From Eledone cirrhosa (Eukaryota), in the NCBI GenBank assembly GCA_964016885.1, contig OZ024746.1, positions 17,360,001 to 17,424,000 of the forward strand: DNA of 64,000 bases, written 5' to 3'. The position numbers and the translations under genes are program-made. The notes beneath the pieces were generated by a model. That model was not told the DNA's origin and searched no databases. It worked only from the letters and a program-made list of their open reading frames with translations. Below, piece by piece: positions 13,405-28,704 of the stretch (positions are counted from its first letter, which is position 1; every line of letters begins with the position of its first letter).

Positions 13405-13441
<37 letters not shown>

Positions 13442-16014
13442 AAAATAATAATGAAATATTGTGTACAGTGCTCAGGTGCACTACAACTCATCAAAAAGTG
13501 TATGTATAGTACATAGGGTAATGTACAAACGTCAGGAAAATGAACATATATGTATATATATATGTATATAAATATGTGTATATATATATATTATATATGT
13601 ATATATATATGTGTATATATATATGTATATACATATTTATTAAAATAACAGATTAAAGTTTAAGCAAAGAATCGCTGCTTTCACCCTTAACGGGATCATC
13701 TGAAACTAAAAAAATAAAATAAAATAAATCTGTGAACGCAGAAGTAAATATTTCGAAAAACATTGCAACCGAAGGAAAACAGGAAGACGATAATCTGGTT
13801 CATGAAGATGTTCCCTGGCAATGAACGGGAAAAAAACGAAGATAATATATCGTTATGTGGAGCGATGAGAACAATTACGCTCAAAGACAAAACCACATTT
13901 ATGGTATAAATGGAGTCAGACTAATATTCTATTTAGGAAACCGAATGATTTTCGGCTTCGGAGTTAAGAATAATGTAAATAAGATGGTTGAACGAAAATG
14001 ACAGAGGTTATTAAAATCATAAAAGTAATAACAAGTTAAATATTTACATACATACATCTATATACGTACAAACACGTGCTTACATGAAAACACACACCAT
14101 GCATGTACACATAAACACACACATACGTTCATTGCCTGGGAATGTTTTCATGAACCAAAGTATCGTCTTCCTGTTTTCCTTCAGTTGTAACGTTTTTCGG
14201 AATATTTATGTGTTCACAGATTGATTTTTTTTTTTTTTAGTTTCAGAAGATCCCTTTGAGGGTGAAAGCAGCGATTCTTTGCTTAAACTTTAATCTGTTA
14301 TTTTAATAAATATTTGCTCTATGGTTCTTATATATTTGATATATATTTATCCTTAACTTTGGATTTTAGTCTTCACATTTATTATTATTATTATGTGTGT
14401 ATATATATATATGTGTGTGTGTGTGTGTATATATATATGTGTGTGTATATATATATGTGTATGTGTGTGTATGTATATATGTGTGTGTGTGTATGTATAT
14501 ATATATGTGTGTGTGTGTGAATATATATATATGTGTGTGTATGTATATATATATATGTGTGTGTGTGTGAATATATATATATGTGTGTGTATGTATATAT
14601 ATATATGTGTGTGTGTGTGAATATATATATATATGTCAATGAGGTATCATTTAAGGCATACACACATATGTCTCAAAATATCTCCTCGAACTCATGACAA
14701 CATAGATATAAAACCAATGATGATCATTACAATACACACACACATACACATACCAGTGATAATAACTCATTAGTATATATAATTAATTCTTCTCTCAGTA
14801 GTAGTATCACACCCAATTACAATGTTGAAGCGTGCCATTTTTATATTAAATAGAAGAAAATTCTTGGGTCTTAAACAGATTTAAAATTTTTTCAAATTTG
14901 CATTATTTGAGGAATTAGAGATTTTGTTTAGCGATAGATTTTATTATACTTTTTTTAAAAATTATATTTCATCATTTTAGTTTTGGGTTTATTTTCTTGT
15001 TTTACCAATCTGAAAATGCTACTGATTTGGCAGAAATGGTACAACTAGCAGCACCATTCTATAATCTTCGTTCACGAAGCCAAACCATGATGATATCAAA
15101 ATAGATTGATATATAATATATAGCAATAATGTGGCTCTATGAGAATTGAGGCTAAAAATCCAAGACCTCAAAATGGTTGCACACTGCCAGTATCATAGGA
15201 GACCACATATCTAATATTTTGCAAAGAATAATTTAATTAGGTTAAAAAAAAAAAAAAAAGACAGAATAAGTATTATACTTACACTGCCACTAAGTTTTTA
15301 CAAGTCCTATATGGTATCATTTCATAGAGTAAAAATCATCAACATTTACCATTGATTAACATTAGCAAATGGTGAATCCAAGAGAATTATCAGTAGAAAT
15401 CTTGAAATTCTATAGTTCCACTAAAATGAGAGGCCAGCCATTGCTCAGGCCACATGTAGAATAAAAATTAAAATTCAGCATTCAATAGAATGGAAGTAGT
15501 AAGTGGTAATGCTAGAAATAGCTCCCCCACTAACTCAATAAACTGCTCAACTAAACTAGGAGCAGTTTAACATCCATCTTCCATTCTTGCATGGTTTAGA
15601 CAAGTATTTCTATTATAAGTCCATATTTACAACATACGATTCTTATACAATCATTGAATGAGTAGATAACAGCCAGATCTATATGGATTATACATGATTA
15701 ACTTTGTTAAAAATATATAGAAATATATATATAACTATTTTATATATTCAAATATATACATATATATAGATATATATATAGGTGTTAAGGTGCAAGTTAA
15801 TTGCGTCCATGGGCGGTATGCCGAATGAGCACTCGATGCTCTTGGGGAGCAGAGTATCAATAGTATTAATATATAAGAGAACAAAGAATAAGTGTTGCAT
15901 CATATACATATTTCATTACATATCACATGTTTCACTGTCGATCAGCTCGAGGAACAATCTATTAGAGATTGAACCTGATTCTAGAATCGGAAGCTCCTCA
16001 GATATGTTTTAACA

Positions 16015-16083
16015 TATCTGAGGAGCTTCGATCATTAATAGATTGTTCCTCAAGCTGATCGACAGTGAAACATATGTAATAAA
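16015..16083 (+). ncRNA. Minimal hammerhead (mirror copy on - at about 15912-16005)
   Basis: TAT-CTGAGGA-gcttcgatca..tgatcgacagt-GAAA-CATATG-TA-ATA. Confidence 0.65.
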
Positions 16084-16665
16084 ACATACAACACTGATTC
16101 TTTGTATATATATATATATTATATATAAGTTCAGTTCCACTGAATGGCACCTTGGTAAAAGTCTTCTAGTATAACCTTTTGTTTAGTGATTAAGATTTTT
16201 TTTTTTATCTTTCTTATTCCAGTTTTAGTAGATTTTAGCATAATTCTTCTTAACTCTGCCAATGTGAAACTATTTACAGAGTCTGCTGGAATGGCACACA
16301 GCTATCAAGCAGATATTTTCACAAAATATATAACTTGTAATAAATCTAACTTTATTGAATTAAACAAAAAATATAAAAGATATGTTGTTGTTAACTTCTC
16401 TTTCTCAGTAATATTATTTTATATAGCCATTGGGCTTGTGTTGGGATGGTTGACATACTGGAGCATATGTATATAGTTGCAGAAGGTAAGTTGCTTATAC
16501 ATGGTTGTAACGTCCTGAGAATAGGTCGGTCCAAGCAATCCAAATGCACTTCACGTCACGTCAGTAGTTTATCCCAGCTAAGAGTTGGTGATTAGGAGTG
16601 ATGGAGCATTCATTTATCAAATAAGAGTAGTTCAGAGAAGATTATTTCACCATAATTTCTTTATT

Positions 16666-16716
16666 GCATGATATATATTTCTGTTACATGGTTATGCATG
16701 TGACTTCATCAGATGC
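16666..16716 (-). ncRNA. Minimal type I hammerhead, canonical core
   Basis: GCAT-CTGATGA-aGTCACATG cataac CATGTAACa-GAAA-TATATA-TC-ATGC followed by AATAAA. Confidence 0.75.
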
Positions 16717-18717
16717 TTATGCAATCATTGGGATATACTGCTGGCCATGTATAACCCCCCTGTTGTGATGCCAGCAGACATTAACTTATTAAATTCTAGT
16801 AGTAGATGTATAAGCTTTCTTATTGGTTGATTTTGTAGGCTCTAGGTAAAGTTCCAATATTTAATTGTTGATAGATTTACTGCTACATCTCAGCATGTGG
16901 TTTATTGCTTCCTCCACAATACTACCTTTGTCACTAGACATACTGACGCCAATGTCGATCTGACTCATGCACTGTTCACTTTCCTGACTTTTGTACATTA
17001 TTTTATGTACTATACATGCACCTTTGATGAGTTGTAGTGCACCTGAACACTGTACACAATAATTTTCATTATTATTTTTTTTTATGTCAAACAAATAATG
17101 AACAGAAGAATCACAAGATATTTTAACATGTTTTTATTTCTATCAATTTCATCACTCAGCCTTAAGTAACCATTCAGAATGTCAAAATTTCACAAAAAAT
17201 AAAATACAATGAAATATGCAACGGTGTTTGACAAATATTGCCATAAATTGTTTAGCTTCAATATCAGACAATAGAAACAGTTTTAAGCCAGGATTTTTTT
17301 TTTTTTCTTTGAAAGTTAAAAAAAAATACAAACACTAAGTGAGATTGCTTCCTTTTTTGTGTTAATTAATTAATCAGTTAATTACAACACAGCTGCCTTT
17401 TCTTTTTTTCTTTTTTAATTTTTTTATCTTACAAAAAAAAAAAGGAAGAACTTGGTACCTTTTATATATATATATATATATATTTATAAACTTATCATTT
17501 GTGGATTTAAAATTCAAAAATTAAATTAAATTAAATTTAAAAAAGCGAGATGATTGATTGATTGATGCAAAAACGAAAGTTAAATATTTCTAGTAGACCC
17601 TACCTTTTCATAGATTTTATGTTAGAGTCAACCCTAATTCTTCAAGGACAACAAATGATTGTTTGTGAATCATGGTATTATCCCTGAACACTCTGGTCAT
17701 CTGGTTCCTCCAGCCTCACAGCAAGGGGCCAGTATGCTTTCCATTTTTGTCTCAGGAAAGAGTTGGAGCCAGAAACCAGTTTGTCCCACACCTGCATAGC
17801 TAATTGTTTAGGGTGGATCTCCAGGTTTTCTTTGGTCTTTTCCCACCAGCAGGCAACTATGATATTAATTTTATTACACTATTATATCCTGATGTATACA
17901 AATGAAAATATTTATTAAAGCTACACAGCCTTATTTATGTTTTGATGTGTAGAAATATCAGTAGTAACCATGTAATAGTTGACCCCAGAAAATTTACCTA
18001 AAGAAATCATCTCTAAAATATTTGACTATTATATGAATATATACAGCCCTTTCTAACTGTTTTTCTATACAAATTATTATTATTATTATTATTATCTAAA
18101 TTCCCTTAATTTTTTTTTTCAGCAGTAAAATGATAAACCTTATCTATTTTTTAAAAAAATTGGTCCCATGTTTTCCATATAAAGTGAAGAAGTAAAAGAC
18201 ACGTCAGCTGTCATTACTATCACCCAATACTTTGATAGCATCAAGCTGTTTTGTCAGTAATAGATGAAGAAATTCTTACAAATAAGTTAATTATAGAAGC
18301 TTCCTGGCTGATAACAAAATAAATTAAAAACCATAAATATTTGGACATTATTTGTTCTAAAAGATTTTTTATATGAATTAAAATTGACAAAATGAATAAA
18401 AATTATGGGAAAATGTTTAAAATGTCAATTAAATTTTTTTAAAGTTTTTGATTTATTGTATAGCTTTAGAAATATGGAGCTAAAAAAAAACTATATGATA
18501 TAAATCACCAGTATTTACAACACAGAAGTTGTTAGAGGGCTTCTTCATTAATATTCTAAATGCCATCTAACACTAACCCATAAAGCCTAACCTTAACCCC
18601 TAAAGCAAACATATGTTTGTTTCAATTTGAATTGCGGGACAATAAAGAAGGAACTGTTGATACCCGAAAAAATAATGAAATGCATAAATTAATTTATTTC
18701 TTTAAAAATGCTTCAAT

Positions 18718-18759
18718 TATATATATATGTGTGTGTGTGTGTATATATATATATATGTG

Positions 18760-18817
<58 letters not shown>

Positions 18818-18917
18818 TATATATATACACATATATATATATATACACATATATATATACACACACATATATATATATATACACACATATATATATATAT
18901 ACACACATATATATATA

Positions 18918-18969
<52 letters not shown>

Positions 18970-19008
18970 TATATATATATACACATATATATATATATAT
19001 ATATACAC

Positions 19009-19039
<31 letters not shown>

Positions 19040-19081
19040 TATATATATATATACACATATATATATATATATATATACACA

Positions 19082-19126
<45 letters not shown>

Positions 19127-19144
19127 ATATATATATATATACAC

Positions 19145-19183
<39 letters not shown>

Positions 19184-19186
19184 CAC

Positions 19187-19221
<35 letters not shown>

Positions 19222-19234
19222 TATATATATATAT

Positions 19235-19309
<75 letters not shown>

Positions 19310-19404
19310 TATATATATATATACACATATATATATATATATATATACACACGAAACAATATATATATATATATATACACATATATATATATATATATAT
19401 ACAC

Positions 19405-19435
<31 letters not shown>

Positions 19436-19446
19436 TATATATATAT

Positions 19447-19487
<41 letters not shown>

Positions 19488-19488
19488 T
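18718..19488. repeat. (TA)n/(CA) compound microsatellite
   Basis: Seen directly. Confidence 0.97.
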
Positions 19489-19950
19489 GGAAACTAACTA
19501 AACCCAAATCCAAGAAACATTATTTAACAATAATTATAACCATTATTATGCATAACTGTAAAAATTTATACTAATAAAGCTAAAATAATAATGATGATAA
19601 TAATAATAATAGTAATAATAATTTTTTTTAATTTCTGAGTAGAAACCTAAGATACTTGCATATAACAAACATACACACAAGATGGCTGCAAAGTCACGCA
19701 GAGTATTGCAATCACTTGTCAGATTCAGATGTGGCTTTTCAGATGTGGCTCGGATATGGCTTTTCAAGCCTGCTAGAGACTTACACATTGATGACAACTA
19801 TATATATATATATATATATATATATGTAGGAGGTGAGTTTTATTGTAGTACAATAAAGCAATGCAGATATCGGATAAGAAGCACTCTACAGTTTGTAGGA
19901 CTGGAGTATACATAATATAAGATCAAAAGATGGTTAAAGGAGTTCCATGT

Positions 19951-20019
19951 ATTTTATTATGCGCATTTCAAAAACAAACATCATCATGCAATAATATTTG
20001 TGTTTTCATCAGATAAAAC
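19951..20019 (-). ncRNA. Minimal hammerhead (mirror copy with C3U on + at 20154-20222)
   Basis: TTTTAT-CTGATGA-stem II-GAAA-TGCGCA-TA-ATAAAA. Confidence 0.72.
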
Positions 20020-20253
20020 AGGAGAACATGATATGAAGGCTAAAGAACACTTGTGGATAGTGCAGTTTTAAATCAACATATATATCAACAGATATGTTGA
20101 TTTAAAACTGCACTATCCACAAGTGTTCTTTAGCCTTCATATCATGTTCTCCTGTTTTATTTGATGAAAACACAAATATTATTGCATGATGATGTTTGTT
20201 TTTGAAATGCGCATAATAAAATACATGGAACTCCTTTAACCATCTTTTGATCT

Positions 20254-20284
<31 letters not shown>

Positions 20285-20357
20285 CATACACACACACACT
20301 ATTTGTATCCGATCATTTTCCTGTCTTTGCTCACATTCTTTTTATTTACACACATAC

Positions 20358-20391
<34 letters not shown>

Positions 20392-20645
20392 GTATAGACT
20401 TATTTATTTGTTTGCTTCTTGCCAGAAATCAATTTGATTGTTGGGGTACTATATATACATATATTGACAAATTAAAAACAATTTAAATAACACACACACA
20501 CACATAATTCTACAATCACTGGAAATTTACAAATTGAATTTAACTCTGAAATATCTTTTTCCAATCTTAATGTGGATGAAATTACAGTAGTTTTAAATAT
20601 CTGAATAACTTCTACACTTGTATCATCAACTCATATAATCCACCT

Positions 20646-21620
<975 letters not shown>

Positions 21621-22166
21621 CAATTAGAAATTTAGTTTCAAGACCATTGAACAGTTTATATATTACAAAAGCAGAAAAAGCCCAGCTTTAGAATTGGACA
21701 CATCAGACTAAAAAAAAAAAATGAATGAATGATTATAAATTAAGGACTTCCCAGAAAATGAAAGAAAGCACAAAGTCCACCGTGTATGCTGATCTGGTGT
21801 CACAACAAAAGCACCCAGTCCATCCTGTATGGTGGGTGGGTGTGTTGATAACATGACAAAAAGCACATGGGCCACCCTGTGAGGTGGGCGTTTTGGTGCC
21901 ACAATAAAATGTGCAGAGTCCACACTAAAATGGTTGGTGTTAAAGAAGGGCATCCAGCTGAGGAAACTAAGACAAAAACAGATCTGTATGAGAAGACGTG
22001 GTCTCTGGACCTGAACTGTCTTATAACATGAGAACCCCTCTAACTCATGCAAGCGTGGAAAATGGATGATGATATATGTGTGTGTATGTGTATGTATATA
22101 TATATATATATATATGTGTGTATATATATATACAACACACATACACATACATACACATGCACACAC

Positions 22167-22201
<35 letters not shown>

Positions 22202-22914
22202 CATAAGCACTAACATAGCATGGTTTATAATAGGGGTGTATATAAAAGCATACATTATGTTTACATATAATAAACATTTGAGTCTCGCTGAGAATGTTTT
22301 AAGCTATCTCAGTAGCCAGTGAAAATGCCAGGTGACTGTTTCTGGATTAGTAACATTCAGTCGGTACTGAGATTAGAATAAGCTAAAGCCTATATAGTTT
22401 TTGCATATGAAACATTGGCTGAGATGCTCATTTGCATGTATGTACATAGACACACACATATATACATATATACATATATACACACACACACACTAGTGAA
22501 AAAGCATGAAATATAGATACAATATAGTAAACCAAAATACTGTACATAAATCAATGTTGTATTTACATTTAAACAGCAGTGGGTGTATAAATATAAATAT
22601 ATATGTATATACATATATACATATACACACACACACACATACTGCATATATATATATATATAGACACACACACATATAGCAAAGAAACAAATTTTCTTCC
22701 TTTGCTAAGTTAAACAACAAAGAAAAAAAAAAACCTACCCCAAAACACCTTGGATGTTACCTGGAAATTAACGAGATGAAGAGAGCATCGAAAGCTGATA
22801 AGCAAGATGAAGAAAAAGAGAACTGAACAAATAATATGATAGGTAACTAAGGAGATTAGAGAGGCAGAAATAACTGTTTGGAGTAAATGACTAGAACTAC
22901 ACACATACATGTAC

Positions 22915-23240
22915 ATTTCCTAATGAAATACACTGCCTATGTCATTAACCCTTTCCTTTCATTACCATATTTCTAATGAAATACACTGCATGTCATTAAC
23001 CCTTTCATTACCACATTTCTAATGAAATACACTGCCTATGTCATTAACCCTTTCCTTTCATTACCATATTTCTAATGAAAGACACTGCCTATGTAATTAA
23101 CCCTTTCATTACCATGTTTCTAATGAAATACACTGCCTATGTAATTAACCCTTTCATTACCATGTTTCTAATGAAATACACTGCCTATGTAATTAACCCT
23201 TTCATTACCATGTTTCTAATGAAAGACACTGCCTATGATT
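22915..23240. repeat. 51-bp tandem repeat of a piggyBac-like MITE end
   Basis: ttaaccctttcattaccatgtttctaatgaaatacactgcctatgtaa units. Confidence 0.85.
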
Positions 23241-26200
23241 TTCAAATAATTTTGAAAATAATCAAGAATTTTGAAGGATTTAGTAAGACATCATTCTCAT
23301 TATTAAGTTGATGCTTTGAATGCTCTAGACATTCTATAAAGAGCATCAATGGTGTTATAACATCTCAATGAATTATAGAACTTGCCTGCAGTTCTTGCAA
23401 CAAAGTTTATATGTTTAAACTGTAAGAATCCACAGACATATTAAGAAATCATATTTGTAGATTATCCAGTATATTTATAAGCAACCCTCTTAATGTAACA
23501 AACAGTAGACAATGTCTTAAGCTTTCCCATTCTTGCAATTTTCTAAAGAAAAACACACACCAGACAAATAGATCACTCTAATGGCAAAGATTCTGAAAAT
23601 AAAACCAATCATAAAGAATATTAAATTCTATGTTTACAAATATTTTTTTCAGCTATTGCGATGGATTGATTTGGATTTAAAATGTTGGTAATCAATCGCT
23701 AAATACCTTATTTATAAATCAAAAGTGAAATATTAATTGGATAAGCAACTAGGAACTATTCTGCAGTGAATTAACAAAAGGAGAAAGTCCAATGTGATTA
23801 GCTGATTAATCCGAGCAAGAGGTGGATGTTTAATTTAGGATCAACCAGGAAATGGTGACCTATGCCAATACATTATTTTCAAATATATTGTGAAGCAGAT
23901 GTCATTATTTAGTTTGGTTAAAAATACAAGCCAAATGTTGACTGCAACACACTAAATGTAAAACTAAATGCCATCGTTATTACTTAACACACACACACAC
24001 ATATATATGTTGTAGTGCACCTGAGCAGTGTACACAATAATTTCATTATTATATATATATATGTGTGTGTGTGTGCATATATGTAGCAATAACCATATTG
24101 ATGCCTCTTGTATTCTGGAGATATGGTCAAATTTGGGCTTTGAAGCCTTTTTGCCATGTATGAACATAAATAAATAATATAATATAATATATATAATGTA
24201 TATATATATATATATCCTTACAGAGCAGTCCTTTCTATTGTTCTAGAGTTTTGAATTCCTCATTGATAGCACTCTTCCAGCTTCCATCACAATTTACTGT
24301 CAGGAACTCCCTCCCCCTGAATTAAAGGGGGTGAAGGCGTGACTTGAGTGTAGTGAAGTCCCCCTTCCAACTCTGGATTAAAGTGAGGAGAGGGCATGAA
24401 TATGTTATAATCAGGTTCACCTCTAACTCTAGATTAAAGGGGGTGAGGGCATGAATTGGTTGTAATCAGGTTTCCCCACCACCACCACCACCACTACATA
24501 TATTATTTAAAGGGTCCTAAATTATTTTTATTTGCTAAATAAATAATACATACAGGGGCCCTGATGACATTTTCAGTCTGGGTTCCTGCTTCATGTAGGA
24601 TTAATTGTTTCTGGTGACAAGTGTAGACATGTAGGAATGGAATACACTCTGTGATTGACATACATTGCATTTTTGTGATGTGAAGGAGGAGAAATTGATG
24701 CATCAACAGTGAAAATAAATTAAGACAGCTACCAACATTTATGCACTAACCATACACATACACACTCACATACCATACAAGTTAATGAGACCTTCTTGGA
24801 GGTTACTTCATTTGCTAGAAATAGCAGCCACATATTTAGATGTCCTCTTGAAAACACAATTCCTATCATATATATTATATATGATGATGATGATGATGAT
24901 GATGATATATACTGCAAACGCATACACACCAGATGAGGGGTTTAACAAGGGAACCCCTCTAAGTGGTCACTTGATCTGCTAAAGGTAGCAGCCATTTACA
25001 CCCTACCATCTTGGAGAAGGAAAATAGGAAGCAGACATTGTGATGTACTCTTAGATGCACAGCGGTTAAAATAAAGATGTGATAGTTACATCTGGAACAT
25101 CTTTGTTCATAGTTCTGCTCAAACAAGACAAATTGGGGTGGGCATGGGGGTCAAGGGCTAACCAACAACATGCACACATACACATGCCAATATTTCACAC
25201 ACATACTCAGAGAAAAACCTGATGGATCAACTTATATATTTGTTTCACAAATAATAATAATAATAATGGTTTCTGATTTATGCACAAGGCCAACAATTTT
25301 TGGGGAAGGGAAAGTTGATTAAATCGACCCCAGTGTGTTACTGGTACTTTATTTTATTGACCCCGTAAGGATGAAAGTTAACCTTAGCGGGATTTAAAAT
25401 CAGAACTCCATGCCGCGAAGCATATTGTCCGATGCTCCACCAATACTGCCAATTCAACGCCATAATAATAATTGTTTCTACTTTAGGCACAAGGCCAGCA
25501 ATTACCCAGTGCATTACTGGTACTTTATTTTATCGACCCCGTAAGGATGAAAGGCAAAGTCAACCTCGGCGGGATTTGAACTCAGATCGTAAAGGGACGT
25601 AACTATGCTGGAAAGCATGGCGTCCGACCCTCCACCGATACTGCCAATCCAACGCCATAATAATAATGATTTAATAAATGATGAAAACAAAAACAATCCC
25701 TATAATAACAGGGGCTCTGGAAATGATTTAAAAAAACCCCAAAAGATACATAACCAAAAACCCCAGGGACTTACAGCATACAAAAAGCAGCATTACTCAG
25801 TATTGTACACATATTACAAAGAGCACTCTCAATACAATAGATATAATAACAAAAACAAAAGACTGCACAAAGCCAAGACATACACAGCTGTGCTCAGTAA
25901 TGCAGTGACAGCACATAATGAAAATAATAATGATGTTGGTGATGATGATCTAAAATTGTTATAATTGATATTTGAAGTATTATAGACTCAACAACATTGA
26001 GAAATACATAAGCAAGTGATTTGTCAAATAAAAAAGAAAAAGTTGTAGAAATGGAAATAATAAAATAGAGTATGAATAGTGTATTATTTCCCAATAAAAA
26101 CAAATATATACACTTTAAAACTTAAAATTAAAAAAAAAAGATTTCTTAATTCATTATATTCGAGTTATTTGGCATCGTTAATTTACTCACTTAGGTTTAA

Positions 26201-26494
26201 TTACTACACAAGATAATTATGTATAGAATATAAACAAGATAAATAAATAATTTGTGCAACATATACACATAAGAATAATTAAATATATTTAAATAAATAT
26301 GAAACAACAACAGCCACAACAGACACTTAACATCTATATGAAGTTGCTTGACCTATTTATCTTGTGACTCTACAAATATCTGATCATTTCCAAACCTGTT
26401 TTGTCTAATTAATGTGGTTACTGTTGAAAAGAGCTAGTTTTTTTATTTTTACTTTTTTCCCCTTCTAGAAATTAAGTGATTAATTAATAAATCT

Positions 26495-26698
26495 ATTACA
26501 CACCCATCCAATTATAAATTAAGTTATTACACACTCATCTAATTATAAATTAAGTTATTACACACTCATCTAATTATAAATTAAGTTATTACACACTCAT
26601 CTAATTATAAATTAAGTTATTACACACCAATCTAATTATAAATTAAGTTATTACACACCGATCTAATTATAAATTAAGTTATCACACTTCTAATTATT
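26495..26698. repeat. 31-bp minisatellite
   Basis: aattataaattaagttattacacactcatct. Confidence 0.9.
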
Positions 26699-27317
26699 AT
26701 AATTTTTAAATAGGTTTTAATTATTAAACCCCCACCCCTATACTAATTGTATAAGGTTGGTGTCACTAATAATAATGGTTTCTGATTTAGGCACAAGGCC
26801 AACAATTTTGACTCCAGCGCATTACTGGTGCTTTATCATAATAATTGTTTCTACTTTAGGCACAAGGCCAGCAATTACCCAGTACATTACTGGTACTTTA
26901 TTTTATCGACCCCGTAGAGATGAAAGGCAAAGTTAACCTCGGCGGGATTTGAACTCAGACTGTAAAGGGACGTAGCTAGAAAGCATGGTGTCTGACGCTC
27001 TACCGATTCTGCCAATCTACCACTGCTTTATCATAATAATAATATAAAACGGTAGCTTAAAAATTGAATTGATAGGTAATCTGAATAAGCTTGAATCAAA
27101 AATGTTTAAATGTTATTTATGGATTAAAATAAATGGTGGATTGGCAGTATCGGTAGAGGGTCGGACGCCATGTTTTCCAGCATAGAGTTACGGCCCTTTG
27201 TGGTCTGAGTTCAAATCCAGCCATGGTTAACTTTGCCTTTCATCCTTACGGGGTCGATAAAATAAAGTACCAGTGATGCACTGGGATAATTTCTGGCCTT
27301 GTGCCAAAAGTAGAAAC

Positions 27318-27866
27318 AATTATTTACATAGATATATATTTTTAATATATATATATATGATATATTATTTACATAGATATATATTTTTAATATATATATA
27401 TATGATATATTATTTACATAGATATATATTTTTAATATATATATATGATATATTATTTACATAGATATATATTTTTAATATATATATATATGATATATTA
27501 TTTACATAGATATATATTTTTAATATATATATATATGATATATTATTTACATAGATATATATTTTTAATATATATATATATGATATATTATTTACATAGA
27601 TATATATTTTTAATATATATATATGATATATTATTTACATAGATATATATTTTTAATATATATATATATGATATATTATTTACATAGATATATATTTTTA
27701 ATATATATATATATGATATATTATTTACATAGATATATATTTTTAATATATATATATATGATATATTATTTACATAGATATATATTTTTAATATATATAT
27801 ATGATATATTATTTACATAGATATATATTTTTAATATATATATATGATATATTATTTACATAGATA
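27318..27866. repeat. About 45-bp AT-rich minisatellite
   Basis: tatttacatagatatatatttttaatatatatatatatgatatat. Confidence 0.92.
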
Positions 27867-27995
27867 ACATTAACGTGCAAAAAAAAATTATATATATAAT
27901 GGCTTAATGAATGAGGTATAGATCCCCCCGACCAATTTATATATTGCTTGTATTTAGATATATGTGTGTGTGTGGTGTGTGTATGTAATAGGTAT

Positions 27996-28029
<34 letters not shown>

Positions 28030-28414
28030 GTGTGTGTGTTATATATTAAATTGCACTAAAGGCTTATAAACCATTTTGAGTGTTAAATAAATAAAAATAC
28101 AATAATTATATTAAGTTACTGCAATAAATGCTTAGAAAATATTTTAAAAGATTCTTTGAAAATATTAAATATAGAAAAAATTCAAACAAAGTGAATTAAG
28201 AAAATCTGTAAATGTTGAATGGAATGGAAGAATTATGAAATAATTAGAATATTAATTATGAAATAATTGTAAATTACACATAAATAGGGGCTGTCAATGC
28301 TTTACATGTACAGTGGAACATAACACACTGTAACATAAAAATTACTGTCTGTTAAAGTGGCGATGATATTGTGTAGCAGAATAATTTAGCCATTTCAGCA
28401 TAGCACGTTGTAGC

Positions 28415-28445
<31 letters not shown>

Positions 28446-28680
28446 GGTGGTCTTGTTCCCCTCCTCCCTGAATCTTGAGCAGCTTTCGCAGGTATATTAC
28501 ACAGGCATGATATATATATATACACACTCATATATATATGTATACACTCACACACACACACACAGATGTGTGTGTATAGATGTAGGTGTAATAAGGAAAT
28601 GTTAGTCCCTGTTGAAGACATGTTGGTATGAAACAAAGAAAGTTACTGGGAAGACAAGACTAAGAAGATGGCGACATCTA

Positions 28681-28704
28681 TCAAGCTGTCAATGGCTGGA
28701 GAGT
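28681..28704 (-). CDS. Terminal coding exon of receptor
   Basis: Polypyrimidine tract and gcag acceptor; TLQPLTA then TGA. Confidence 0.7.
   Translation of the reverse strand, partial: TLQPLTA

Noticed and set aside
16186-16476. 96-aa hydrophobic ORF as a membrane protein
   Set aside because: GTG start, AT-rich composition explains the hydrophobicity, and there are no supporting exons
18570-18605. Telomere-like CCTAAC repeats
   Set aside because: Only a few degenerate units, too short to support a call
24930-24960. CAGATGA plus stem as a hammerhead
   Set aside because: No GAAA or NUH after the stem
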